Source: Bacteroidia bacterium (lineage in GTDB: Bacteria; Bacteroidota; Bacteroidia; NS11-12g; UBA9320). Taken from it: DNA of 64,000 nt. The position numbers and the translations under genes are program-made. How positions within the stretch are numbered: position 1 is the stretch's first letter; each line of letters begins with the position of its first letter. Location: contig CBDCFW010000006.1 in the NCBI GenBank assembly GCA_965216465.1, positions 710,440 through 774,439 on the forward strand, written 5' to 3'. Below, one piece after another: positions 31,370 to 40,668 of the stretch. A model generated the notes under the pieces. The model made no database searches. It saw only the letters and a program-made list of their open reading frames with translations, and was not told the origin of the DNA.

Positions 31370-32350
31370 TTATTTGATTAGTTTTTCTAGTATTTCAACG
31401 GCGTTTGTAGCAGCTCCTTTTCTTAAGTTATCGGCTACAATCCACATGTTTAATGTGTTTGCTTGTGACTCGTCACGACGAATTCTTCCAACCATTACTT
31501 CGTCTTTGTTCATGGCATGAATTGGCATTGGATATTGAAAGTTATCGATGTCATCTACAACTTTTACTCCTTCTATTTCAGAAAGCAATGTTCTTACCTC
31601 GTTTACATCAAAGTCATTGTCAAACTCGATATTCACCGATTCAGAGTGACCTCCTACAACTGGAACTCTTACTGCCGTTGCGGTAATCGCAATACTTGGA
31701 GCATTTAGAATTTTACGTGTCTCATGAACTAGCTTCATCTCTTCTTTGGTGTATCCATTGTCCATGAAAATATCGCAATGTGGAATACAGTTTTTATCGA
31801 TCGGATACTCGTAAACCATATTGTCTGACTTGCCATATGAGCGTTCATTTTCCATTTGCTCTACAGCGGCTTTACCCGTTCCGCTAACTGATTGGTAGGT
31901 GGAAATCACCAATCGTTTGATGCCGTACTTAGCATGAAGAGGAGCCAATGCCATAACCATTTGTATGGTTGAGCAATTTGGATTTGCAATGATATTCTTT
32001 CCCTCTGTGATAGAGCTCTGGTTGATCTGTGGAACAACTAAAGGACAATCTTCATTCATTCTCCAAGCTGAAGAATTATCAATTACACGTACCCCATTCT
32101 TTGCAAATTTTGGGGCCCATTCGGTCGATACACCTCCCCCGGCTGAGAATAACGCGTAATCAAGAGGCAATTCAAGTACTTCTTCTAATGTTGTAGTTTT
32201 ATACTCCTTGCCCATATAAAATATTGGGCTTCCCTTTGATGCCTTACTGGCTACAGGGTAAAGGTTTTCAACTTCGATGTTTCTTTCTTCCAATACTTGC
32301 AACATGGTTCTCCCCACCATTCCTGTTGCTCCCACTATGGCTAAATTCAT
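31370..32350 (-). CDS. asd: Aspartate-semialdehyde dehydrogenase
   Basis: IVGATGMVG NAD(P)-binding motif; catalytic NCST segment (NPNCSTIQMV); 326 aa. Confidence 0.85.
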   Translation of the reverse strand: MNLAIVGATGMVGRTMLQVLEERNIEVENLYPVASKASKGSPIFYMGKEYKTTTLEEVLELPLDYALFSAGGGVSTEWAPKFAKNGVRVIDNSSAWRMNEDCPLVVPQINQSSITEGKNIIANPNCSTIQMVMALAPLHAKYGIKRLVISTYQSVSGTGKAAVEQMENERSYGKSDNMVYEYPIDKNCIPHCDIFMDNGYTKEEMKLVHETRKILNAPSIAITATAVRVPVVGGHSESVNIEFDNDFDVNEVRTLLSEIEGVKVVDDIDNFQYPMPIHAMNKDEVMVGRIRRDESQANTLNMWIVADNLRKGAATNAVEILEKLIK

Positions 32351-33204
32351 ATGGTTTCGGGTACTTTAGATTCTAAGTTAAGCGAACGATTGCTCAACTC
32401 GGCTTGTTTTTTAAGATCGGCTATTATTTCTTTTAATTGTTCAAGATAAATTGACTGAAAACCGTCAGATAATGCAGTTTCAGGCTGGTTGTGTACTTCG
32501 ATCATCAATCCGTCGGCACCTGCAGCTATAGCCGCTAAAGACAATGGGCGAACCAAGCTTCTTTTTCCGGTTCCTTGGCTTGGATCGGCAATTACAGGCA
32601 AGTGGCTCAGCTCTTTTGCCAATGGAATTGCAGCAATATCCATGGTATTGCGAACAGAGGTGTCAAATGTTCGAATTCCTCTTTCGCAGAGAATAACATT
32701 CTCATTTCCGCCTAAAAGTACATATTCTGCGGCCAATAACCACTCATTTATAGTTGAAGACATGCCTCTTTTAAGCATAATTGGCTTGTCTATTTTTCCC
32801 AGTTCTTTGAGAAACTGGTAATTTTTCATATTTCGGGAGCCAACCTGAAGCACATCCGCATAAGGATAGACCTCCTCGATAAGTGAAGTATCTAAAACTT
32901 CTGTAACAATCTTTAGGTTGTATTTAACCGACACCTTCCTTAATATTTCAAGGCCTTGTTTCTTTAGCCCTTGAAATGCATACGGTGAGGTTCTTGGCTT
33001 ATATGCTCCACCACGAATGAATTTGATACCCAAGCTAGAAATAACACGAGCAATCTCATCCATTTGTTCTTCTGATTCAACGGCACATGGACCTGCGATT
33101 AAAGCAAGCTCTTTACCCCCAATCAATTCCTCTCCTACTGAGATAATGGAATTCTCTTTTTTATGATGTCTAGAGACTAATTTAATATCAGACATTTGCT
33201 GCAA
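32347..33204 (-). CDS. 3-deoxy-7-phosphoheptulonate (DAHP) synthase, type I-beta
   Basis: LIAGPCAVESEEQ...KPRTSPYAFQGL motifs of the DAHPS/KDO8PS family; the KPRTSPY variant favours DAHPS. Confidence 0.65.
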   Translation of the reverse strand: MQQMSDIKLVSRHHKKENSIISVGEELIGGKELALIAGPCAVESEEQMDEIARVISSLGIKFIRGGAYKPRTSPYAFQGLKKQGLEILRKVSVKYNLKIVTEVLDTSLIEEVYPYADVLQVGSRNMKNYQFLKELGKIDKPIMLKRGMSSTINEWLLAAEYVLLGGNENVILCERGIRTFDTSVRNTMDIAAIPLAKELSHLPVIADPSQGTGKRSLVRPLSLAAIAAGADGLMIEVHNQPETALSDGFQSIYLEQLKEIIADLKKQAELSNRSLNLESKVPETI

Positions 33205-33220
33205 ATTAAACAGATACTTC

Positions 33221-34603
33221 TTAATTCAGTTTGGTATAGGTCACAGAAACTTTAATTCCTTCGTTAGATGGGTCGGTATCAAGCACTGCTCTTGATGGCG
33301 TAATTGGGAAATCTGAAGGTATCGCCAGATAAAATCCATCGAAATGATTAACCCCTGTATTGATATATTCTTCAATTAAACCTTGGAGGTGTCGGTTGAA
33401 GTGAAAATCATACGATTTATCTTCAATATCATAGGTGCCTCCGTAGTTTGTATGTCCAAACCATCCTGAAGGAGGTAGAATGTCGTCGATGTAGTCAATA
33501 ATAGCTGAATTCAATCCATCAGTACCTGGTTTAAATAATATTAAACGAGCAGGTGCAGGGTAGTTTTCTTCAACCGTAGCTTTATCAACGTTTACTTTTA
33601 ATACCGCCTCGTTAATTACAATCTTTTCGCCACGCTCGATCAGTGTATCCAACGCAGGAATATCAATTCTAATTTTCGAAGCTCCCAACGATTGGATATA
33701 GGTCGTGTTGAAATGGCCACTTCCTTGTTTCTGTGCAGTTATATTAACACTTTGATCGTCGTAGTTGTAAAAGTTTATCCGCTCAGACGCAGGCCCCAAA
33801 GGTATCTCTCGAGACAATGTGTCTGCGTAGTGAATTATTAATCTTGATTGTGTGCTTGCAGCTTCAATCCCAACAAAAGCACCTTCACCCATGTTCAGCG
33901 CTGAAGCATTGGGTACAATCACTAAACCATTTAGATATTCTAACCATTGCTCTGCGGATGAAAATACAAGTCCTGATTTGTCAATAATGTCTTGGCCGAA
34001 ATTATTGGTTAACTTGATTTCCAGATGAGGAGCTAGCATCGTGCTATCACCATCGGTAACTTGAAGCACACTATCAAAAAACTCAAACTTCCCAGAAAAA
34101 GTTCCTACTAATTCTCCTAGGCTAGGCTCGAAGTCAGAGTAATATTTGTCTTCTGGTGCGAGTTCATCGAGCAAGCGATAAACATTAAGTTCAATATCGG
34201 TATTCAAATCACCGTACTTAATAACATGCTCAACTCCACCAATTATTTGAGCTTTATCGTATTTCAGTCTTAAGATAACTGAGTCAACGATTTCTCCCGA
34301 TAAGTCATCACCCGCCTCACTAAGTAAAGGTTGTACAATCAAACCAGCAGATGTGGTGCCGAAGATTGGATCGTTAATGGCTCCTAATATATTCGTGTTT
34401 AATGTATCGGTTCTAAGCGAATCTTCATGAATGCTTCGAACGCTGATATCGAGAAACGTTTCGGTAATTGAGTTTGAGTTCCCAGCGTTGGGAATAAAAC
34501 CAATTCCGATGTTAGATGCTTCCTTTTTACAGGCCGAAAATGCAAGCAAAAAGAAAAGGGGTATTAACCCCTTGATTCTTGTATTGATTAAATTTTTGAT
34601 CAC
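33221..34603 (-). CDS. DUF4270-family lipoprotein
   Basis: Lipobox LLAFSAC; sits directly downstream of the short-form glycogen synthase, as is typical in Flavobacteriia. Confidence 0.5.
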   Translation of the reverse strand: MIKNLINTRIKGLIPLFFLLAFSACKKEASNIGIGFIPNAGNSNSITETFLDISVRSIHEDSLRTDTLNTNILGAINDPIFGTTSAGLIVQPLLSEAGDDLSGEIVDSVILRLKYDKAQIIGGVEHVIKYGDLNTDIELNVYRLLDELAPEDKYYSDFEPSLGELVGTFSGKFEFFDSVLQVTDGDSTMLAPHLEIKLTNNFGQDIIDKSGLVFSSAEQWLEYLNGLVIVPNASALNMGEGAFVGIEAASTQSRLIIHYADTLSREIPLGPASERINFYNYDDQSVNITAQKQGSGHFNTTYIQSLGASKIRIDIPALDTLIERGEKIVINEAVLKVNVDKATVEENYPAPARLILFKPGTDGLNSAIIDYIDDILPPSGWFGHTNYGGTYDIEDKSYDFHFNRHLQGLIEEYINTGVNHFDGFYLAIPSDFPITPSRAVLDTDPSNEGIKVSVTYTKLN

Positions 34604-34604
34604 T

Positions 34605-35426
34605 TTAATTTCCTGATAACAATGAATTGTAAAAATTCAAATAATTGTCAGCAAGTTCGTCGTTCGAGTGATTTAAAATTGGTTTTTCTACGTTGCTTAA
34701 TTCCTGTTCAATATCAGGATTAATGTCTTCGCATTTTACCACAGCATCAGCGTGTGTAATTCCGCCCATATGAAGGCTTGTACAATCGGCTTTTGCAAAT
34801 GGCTCCAACTCTTCATCTTCGATGTAGTTCAAACCTGCTTTTCTCATAAAGTCTGTTCCTAGATCTTCGTTGAAATCGTTCTCGTAAACCGAGTATACGA
34901 TTTTAGCATTTGAAAATACCGGCTCATCTTTATATAAAGTTTTTAGGTAAAGTGGAATTAAACTGGTCATCCAACCTTGACAGTGAATGATGTCTGGGTA
35001 CCAACCCAGTTTCTTCACAGTTTCTAATGCTCCTTTGCAGAAGAAGATTGTTCTTTCGTCATTGTCTTCAAAGAACTTGTCATCTTCATCGTTGTAAACA
35101 AATTTTCTGTGGAAGAAATCTTCGTTGTCTAGGAAGTAAACTTGCATCTTCGTGTTAGGAATAGATGCTACTTTTATGGTTAATGGGTTGTCGTTGTCGT
35201 CGATGGTAATGTTCATACCAGATAAACGAACAACTTCATGTAGTCGGTTTCGACGTTCGTTGATTACACCAAATCGTGGAACCAGGATTCGAACTTCGTT
35301 GTCTTTTTCTTGAATTTTTTGTGGTAGGTAACGGGCAATTTCAGCTAATGGAGTGTCTCCGTCTAAAAATGGTCTCATTTCTGAGGAGATAAAAAGGATT
35401 TTTTTTCTTTCTTGTGTATTATCCAT
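34605..35426 (-). CDS. Glycogen/starch synthase (short Bacteroidetes form)
   Basis: KILFISSEMRPF N-terminal GT5-like motif; 273 aa short form; divergent from panC. Confidence 0.6.
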   Translation of the reverse strand: MDNTQERKKILFISSEMRPFLDGDTPLAEIARYLPQKIQEKDNEVRILVPRFGVINERRNRLHEVVRLSGMNITIDDNDNPLTIKVASIPNTKMQVYFLDNEDFFHRKFVYNDEDDKFFEDNDERTIFFCKGALETVKKLGWYPDIIHCQGWMTSLIPLYLKTLYKDEPVFSNAKIVYSVYENDFNEDLGTDFMRKAGLNYIEDEELEPFAKADCTSLHMGGITHADAVVKCEDINPDIEQELSNVEKPILNHSNDELADNYLNFYNSLLSGN

Positions 35427-35520
35427 AGAACGTTTAAAAATTATACAAGTGCAAAGATACTACCATATTACGTGATATTTGTACAACGTAACTATTGTAT
35501 TTAAAGTATTTTTTTTGTAT

Positions 35521-36369
35521 ATGCATATAATCAAATCTGCCCAAAATTTATCAAAGTATTTATCTGGTTTACGAAATAACGGCGATGAAGTTACAGTTGG
35601 TTTTGTTCCGACGATGGGTGCCTTGCATGAAGGACACGCTTCTTTGGTAGCCGAAAGCGTTGATAATAACACCGTTACTGTATGCAGCATATTTGTTAAC
35701 CCTACTCAGTTTGGAGAAAGTAAAGATCTCACGAGCTATCCTAAACCCATCGAAAACGACATCGAAATGCTAATAAATCTTGGCTGCGACATTCTTTTCT
35801 TGCCGGAGTATGAAGATGTTTATCCAAAATCTTACACGCATGTGAAGTTTAAATTGCAGGGATTAGACTTAAAAATAGAGGGTGCGAGCCGTCCAGGCCA
35901 CTTTCAAGGTGTCTGTAATGTCTTAACACGTTTTTTCGAAATTATTGAACCTACGCGTGCTTATTTTGGCCAGAAAGACTTTCAGCAAAGCGTTGTAGTA
36001 AAGTATTTAGTCAAACTGCTTAATTCACCAATTGAAGTTGTAGTTGTTCCAATAAAAAGAGAACCGCATGGACTAGCAATGAGCTCCCGAAATGTTCGAC
36101 TAAGTGACAAGGGGCGCCAAAATGCTGCTTTTATTTATCGATCTCTCACTCAGCTTAAGGCAGACGTAAATGAAATTGGACTCAAAAAGAGTCTTGAAAA
36201 GGCCGCTCAATTCATTGAAGCTCAAAAAGGAGCGAGATTGGATTATTTGGTTGCAGTTGATTCAAACACGCTTGAAGAAGTTGAGGACTTTGATTCAAAA
36301 ATCGAAACAGCGGTTTTAACGGTTGTAGAATATGAGGGTGTTCGACTCTTAGACAACATAATCTTGTAA
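35521..36369 (+). CDS. panC: Pantoate--beta-alanine ligase
   Basis: FVPTMGALHEGH motif. The ORF-track start at 35479 adds 14 aa; the likely start is MHIIK at 35521. Confidence 0.85.
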   Translation: MHIIKSAQNLSKYLSGLRNNGDEVTVGFVPTMGALHEGHASLVAESVDNNTVTVCSIFVNPTQFGESKDLTSYPKPIENDIEMLINLGCDILFLPEYEDVYPKSYTHVKFKLQGLDLKIEGASRPGHFQGVCNVLTRFFEIIEPTRAYFGQKDFQQSVVVKYLVKLLNSPIEVVVVPIKREPHGLAMSSRNVRLSDKGRQNAAFIYRSLTQLKADVNEIGLKKSLEKAAQFIEAQKGARLDYLVAVDSNTLEEVEDFDSKIETAVLTVVEYEGVRLLDNIIL

Positions 36370-36436
36370 ATCCCTAAGAATTAGTACAGATAAGTTTGTG
36401 CAATGGAATTATATGTCTTAACTTTGCACCTCAATA

Positions 36437-36508
<72 letters not shown>

Positions 36509-36515
36509 ACTAGGA

Positions 36516-36548
36516 AGTCTCGCTTAACGGCGGGACTTTTTTTATTGA
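36516..36548 (+). terminator. Rho-independent terminator after tRNA-fMet
   Basis: GTCTCGC-ttaac-GGCGGGAC hairpin (one G-U wobble) followed by TTTTTTTAT. Confidence 0.6.
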
Positions 36549-36590
36549 AAATTTTAAAATCTAATTCTCTGATAGAAATTGAGCACCGAA

Positions 36591-37187
36591 CTATTGAATT
36601 CGAATCATCAATTCAAAATCAACTGAAATCTCATCAGCAACTTTTATTAAGCCATTCAGTTCTCGTGGTGGCGTGATGCCAAAGTCAGACATGCACAATG
36701 GAACAGAGCTTTTCAGCAGGTATACGCCATTTTGCTTCTCTACCTTGCTTGCAATAAAACAAACTTCTTGTGCGACTCCTGCGATATTAACTGTGCTTTC
36801 TACCCAAACATTTTGAAGATCCTTTTCTTGGTTGCTTATCTTGAGATAGTTTATTCGAACATCAATTTCTGGATATGATTGGTACTTTAAGCTCGTTTTC
36901 ATGCGCTTAGTCAACTGACGATTTCCGCAATCAAATTGATCTATTTCAAGTTGAAGAATGGTGTTGTCAGAGAAAATAGAAGATGCTGATTTCTCAAAAA
37001 CAATGGGATTGTTTTGCAATTCTATGCCGTCTTTGCATGCACAAGAAAATGCTCCAACATTGCTTGTGCCTTTTACAAACACCTTGCTTGACTCAAGAAC
37101 CTGAATCGATAGCTCGGCTTGTTTGTAATAGCTTGCTGCACAAAGAAGCAAGGCATATAGAGACAATATGAAAAGACGATTATACAT
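36591..37187 (-). CDS. YceI-like secreted protein (paralog A, Cys-containing)
   Basis: Signal peptide; motifs KGTSNVGAF...MSDFGITPP...LIKVADEISVDFEL match the YceI-like family and parallel the downstream paralog. Confidence 0.55.
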   Translation of the reverse strand: MYNRLFILSLYALLLCAASYYKQAELSIQVLESSKVFVKGTSNVGAFSCACKDGIELQNNPIVFEKSASSIFSDNTILQLEIDQFDCGNRQLTKRMKTSLKYQSYPEIDVRINYLKISNQEKDLQNVWVESTVNIAGVAQEVCFIASKVEKQNGVYLLKSSVPLCMSDFGITPPRELNGLIKVADEISVDFELMIRIQ

Positions 37188-37262
37188 AAAATTAAAGCGG
37201 CACCCCAGTAAAGAGATGCCGCTTGTGGGATTTTTATTTGTTAACTATGCTTCAGCCAATCT

Positions 37263-38591
37263 TTAGAAAGCTGCTACTGCTTCAATTGTGATTCCTTTAA
37301 ACTCACCACCATAGTTGATGTTAGTCATTGGGAAGTCTGCATAAGTTTGTTGAACAAACGCTGCTTTTAGAAGTAGGTTTTTAGTTGCGAACCAACCTGC
37401 AGCAACTTCGATTCTTTGGATAGAAGACTCCATAAATTCTCCGTTCTCCATAAAACCTCCACTTAGGTTTCCAGAAAGCTTGTTGAATTTACCTCCAACA
37501 TAAGCACTTTCGTTTTCAAGGAATCTATAGATTACCTCACCACCGATTTGCATTACGCTTCTGCTAGTAGTATCTTGGAATTCAAATTCTCCATCGCTAT
37601 TCATAACGTGAGTGTTACCTGATGCACTTTCAACGATACCAAAGATCTCAAGTCCTTTGAACTTAACAAATGGGTTGATTTGTACAGAAGTAATTTGGTT
37701 GTTGAATCCAGGATTCCATCTACCTGATCTAAATGCACTACCTAAGTTTGCACCTTCTGCTTCCATTGCTCCATAATATCTAGAACCTGCACGGTCACCA
37801 GCATATAATGTGTTTCTGATAGTGTTTGCATTAGATACGAACGATGCTGATAAACGAACTCTTAAATCTTCGCTAAGTTCTCTGTCAAACGCACCTTTTA
37901 AGTAAATTGATGGAGCTCGTTTTTTGCCATCTGCAGGCATTGCAACGTCACCTTTAATTAATCCGTTAGTAAGACCTACCATACCTGTGATACCTTCAGC
38001 AGGGAATACATAAACCTCACCCCCAATTTCAGTAGTAAATCCATCTAAAATGTAGTTACCTACAAATGGGTTGTACATCGCATTACCATTATCGGTTCTA
38101 CGGAATTGTTGGTCACCGAAGTTAGGTTGGAAGTGTCCAACTTTTACTCTTACCATATCAGTAAACCACTCAGGGTTATCAAACATAGGAAGTTTGTCAA
38201 TTTGGATGTAACCACCTTTTACCCAGAAGTCTACGTGGTGTCTTGAAGACATGTAGCTTTCAAGAGCAAGTCGAATACCATCTTCAAGTTGAACATCAAT
38301 ATTCAAGTTTGCAGTTGCTAAATTAAATCCTGGAGCGATATCATAAAGAGCAGCGCCCGACATTGAAGTGTCGTTGCTGTGGCTTAGCGATTGCCATTGT
38401 TGCGTAAACGCTCCTCCGATTCTTACTTTAGTGCCGTTAAATACAGCATCATTGTCTTGTGGTGCTTCAAACACGTTGATTCCAGTTTGGTCATAAGCTC
38501 TCCAATTGTTAATCTGTGCGAAGCCATTTAATGTTAGCCCCATTAGTGCTAAGATTAAAAATGTCTTAAGTGTTGATTGTAATTTTGTCAT
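37263..38591 (-). CDS. Outer-membrane beta-barrel protein (porin- or FadL-like), function unknown
   Basis: Signal peptide ...LNGFA|QINN; 442 aa; alternating hydrophobic beta-strand pattern; C-terminal ...IEAVAAF. Confidence 0.5.
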   Translation of the reverse strand: MTKLQSTLKTFLILALMGLTLNGFAQINNWRAYDQTGINVFEAPQDNDAVFNGTKVRIGGAFTQQWQSLSHSNDTSMSGAALYDIAPGFNLATANLNIDVQLEDGIRLALESYMSSRHHVDFWVKGGYIQIDKLPMFDNPEWFTDMVRVKVGHFQPNFGDQQFRRTDNGNAMYNPFVGNYILDGFTTEIGGEVYVFPAEGITGMVGLTNGLIKGDVAMPADGKKRAPSIYLKGAFDRELSEDLRVRLSASFVSNANTIRNTLYAGDRAGSRYYGAMEAEGANLGSAFRSGRWNPGFNNQITSVQINPFVKFKGLEIFGIVESASGNTHVMNSDGEFEFQDTTSRSVMQIGGEVIYRFLENESAYVGGKFNKLSGNLSGGFMENGEFMESSIQRIEVAAGWFATKNLLLKAAFVQQTYADFPMTNINYGGEFKGITIEAVAAF

Positions 38592-38636
38592 TGGTTGAAT
38601 TTTATAGGGTTAAATCTTTTTTTTGGCTCGTTTCCC

Positions 38637-39221
38637 TTATTGTATCTGGGCTTGTTGAACCGTAATGTTATACTTTATGGTAATGTCGTTACCTGTGGTC
38701 ATGGTGCCGAAAAGAGCAGTAGGTGGATCAATTCCAAAATCGGTCATTTTTAATTTCTTAGAACCGCTAAATTTTACCTGATTTCCGGTTAACACTACAC
38801 CTTTAACCGACATATTAATGTTTTTAGTTACTCCAGCTATAGTTAAGTTTCCGTTTGTTTTAAGTGTGTATGAATTCCCATTTTTTGTAATACTGTTTAC
38901 CTTTTTAAGTTGGTAATAAATGTTGGGATGCTTCTTGTTTTTTAAAGCTGTCCAAGTTTTGTCGTCCATTATTGAACCCTTGGTGCTTTTAATTCCGCTA
39001 ACAGGAATGGTCACCTTTAAACTGTTCACTCCTTTAATGGCGTTGTTTTCTACAACTACACTTCCTGTAGCTTTTGCATTTTTCGAAGTAGACACCCAAT
39101 CATGAACATTCGATGTTCCTTCAATTTTGATGATACTTTTAACGAGAGAGAAGTTTGCTTGGCTCCAAACTACTATACTTGATAGGAGCACAAGACTGAA
39201 GGTTATGATGAGGTTTTTCAT
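38637..39221 (-). CDS. YceI-like secreted protein (paralog B, Cys-free)
   Basis: Signal peptide ...VVWS|QANF; motifs IEGTSNVHDW...MTDFGIDPP...ITIKYNITV typical of the YceI-like lipid/polyisoprenoid-binding fold. Confidence 0.6.
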   Translation of the reverse strand: MKNLIITFSLVLLSSIVVWSQANFSLVKSIIKIEGTSNVHDWVSTSKNAKATGSVVVENNAIKGVNSLKVTIPVSGIKSTKGSIMDDKTWTALKNKKHPNIYYQLKKVNSITKNGNSYTLKTNGNLTIAGVTKNINMSVKGVVLTGNQVKFSGSKKLKMTDFGIDPPTALFGTMTTGNDITIKYNITVQQAQIQ

Positions 39222-39453
39222 GCCTTGTTAGCTTTAATTTCTTACGCAAAGGTATCCGCCAAAAAAGCTGAGATGTACTAGCTGAAGTCACCTTTCAACG
39301 TGATTTTAATCATAAAACCTGCTGTTTATTTTCATTGCAGTGATAGCAAATTTTTCTGCCTGAAAATCAAGCAAAAACAAAAAACATGACGCAAAGCTTT
39401 CTTTTTCGCCAACCTTTTTGATTATATTTTAATCTGAATTTAAGATAATTATT

Positions 39454-40665
39454 TTGTCTAAAAACATTGTACATATGGACCTTGACACTTTCTATGTTTC
39501 TGTAGAAAGGCTTCAAGACTCAAGACTTGTCGGAAAACCTGTTCTTTTAGGAGGAACTGGAGACCGCGGTGTAGTTGCTTCGTGCAGTTATGAGGCCAGA
39601 AGGTTTGGGGTGCATTCGGGCATGTCGATGAAGGTTGCCCGTAGGCTTTGTCCTGAAGGAATAGTTGTTCGCGGCGAAGCCGGCGTGTATAGCAAGTATT
39701 CAAAAATGGTTACTGAAATTCTCAAAGCTGATGTTCCGCTGATAGAAAAATCAAGTATCGATGAGTTCTATATCGACCTTACTGGCATGGATCGTTTCTT
39801 TGGATGTTACAAGTTGGCCAGTGAGCTTCGTACTCGGGTAATCAAAGAAACAGGCCTGCCCATCTCTTTTGGGATGTCAATAAACAAAACCGTTTCGAAG
39901 ATTGCCACAGGAGAAGCCAAGCCTAACAACCAAATAAAAATTGACTTTGGCGACGAAAAACCTTTTTTGGCACCGCTTTCTGTTGGGAAAATCCCCATGA
40001 TTGGAAAGAAAACAGCCTTTCTTCTCAATCGAATGGGTGTACAAAAAATACATACCATTCAAGAAATGCCGCTTGAGCTCATGGAGAAAGCTTTTGGTAA
40101 AAACGGAAAGGTAATCTGGCAAAAAGCAAACGGCATAGATCATAGTGCCCTTGTTCCCTACCACGAAAAAAAATCAATCAGTACTGAGCGAACCTTTATG
40201 AAAGACACCATCGATGTACTTAAACTAAAAAATATGATTATCGCCATGGTTGAACAATTGGCCTTTGAACTAAGACGAGGCTCTCGGGTGTGTTCTTGCA
40301 TTAGCATTAAAGTTCGCTATTCAGATTTTCAAACGGTAAGCAAGCAGAAACGTATTCCTTATACCGCTGCCGACCACACACTCATTCGCTACGCACTCGA
40401 TATTTTCAATCAACTCTATAACCGCCGTATCCGAGTAAGGCTTATCGGAGTACGCATGAGCGACCTGGCTGGCGGAGGGCACCAAATTGACCTATTTAAT
40501 GACGACGATAAGGTGCTAAACCTCTACCAAGCCATGGACAAGATTAAAAACAGATACGGACAAAATGCTGTAAGACGCAGCATTGCCATGGACATTAATG
40601 GTTTAGGCCGAGGAAACCCTTTTAATGGTGAACCCAATGTTGTTCCCGCTCACCGAAATGCTTAA
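39454..40665 (+). CDS. dinB: Y-family DNA polymerase (DinB/Pol IV-like) with conserved catalytic acidic residues
   Basis: MDLDTFYVSVE (catalytic Asp), SIDEFYIDLTG (Asp-Glu), GIGMSINKTVSKIA region; 403 aa. Confidence 0.75.
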   Translation: MSKNIVHMDLDTFYVSVERLQDSRLVGKPVLLGGTGDRGVVASCSYEARRFGVHSGMSMKVARRLCPEGIVVRGEAGVYSKYSKMVTEILKADVPLIEKSSIDEFYIDLTGMDRFFGCYKLASELRTRVIKETGLPISFGMSINKTVSKIATGEAKPNNQIKIDFGDEKPFLAPLSVGKIPMIGKKTAFLLNRMGVQKIHTIQEMPLELMEKAFGKNGKVIWQKANGIDHSALVPYHEKKSISTERTFMKDTIDVLKLKNMIIAMVEQLAFELRRGSRVCSCISIKVRYSDFQTVSKQKRIPYTAADHTLIRYALDIFNQLYNRRIRVRLIGVRMSDLAGGGHQIDLFNDDDKVLNLYQAMDKIKNRYGQNAVRRSIAMDINGLGRGNPFNGEPNVVPAHRNA

Positions 40666-40668
40666 TCC

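Noticed and set aside
39222-39453. LexA/SOS box upstream of the dinB-dnaE2 cassette
   Set aside because: No CTGT-N8-ACAG, CGAACRNRYGTTYC or GTTC-N7-GTTC type palindrome is present, and the Bacteroidetes SOS operator is not known to me. Left as a check within the cassette finding.
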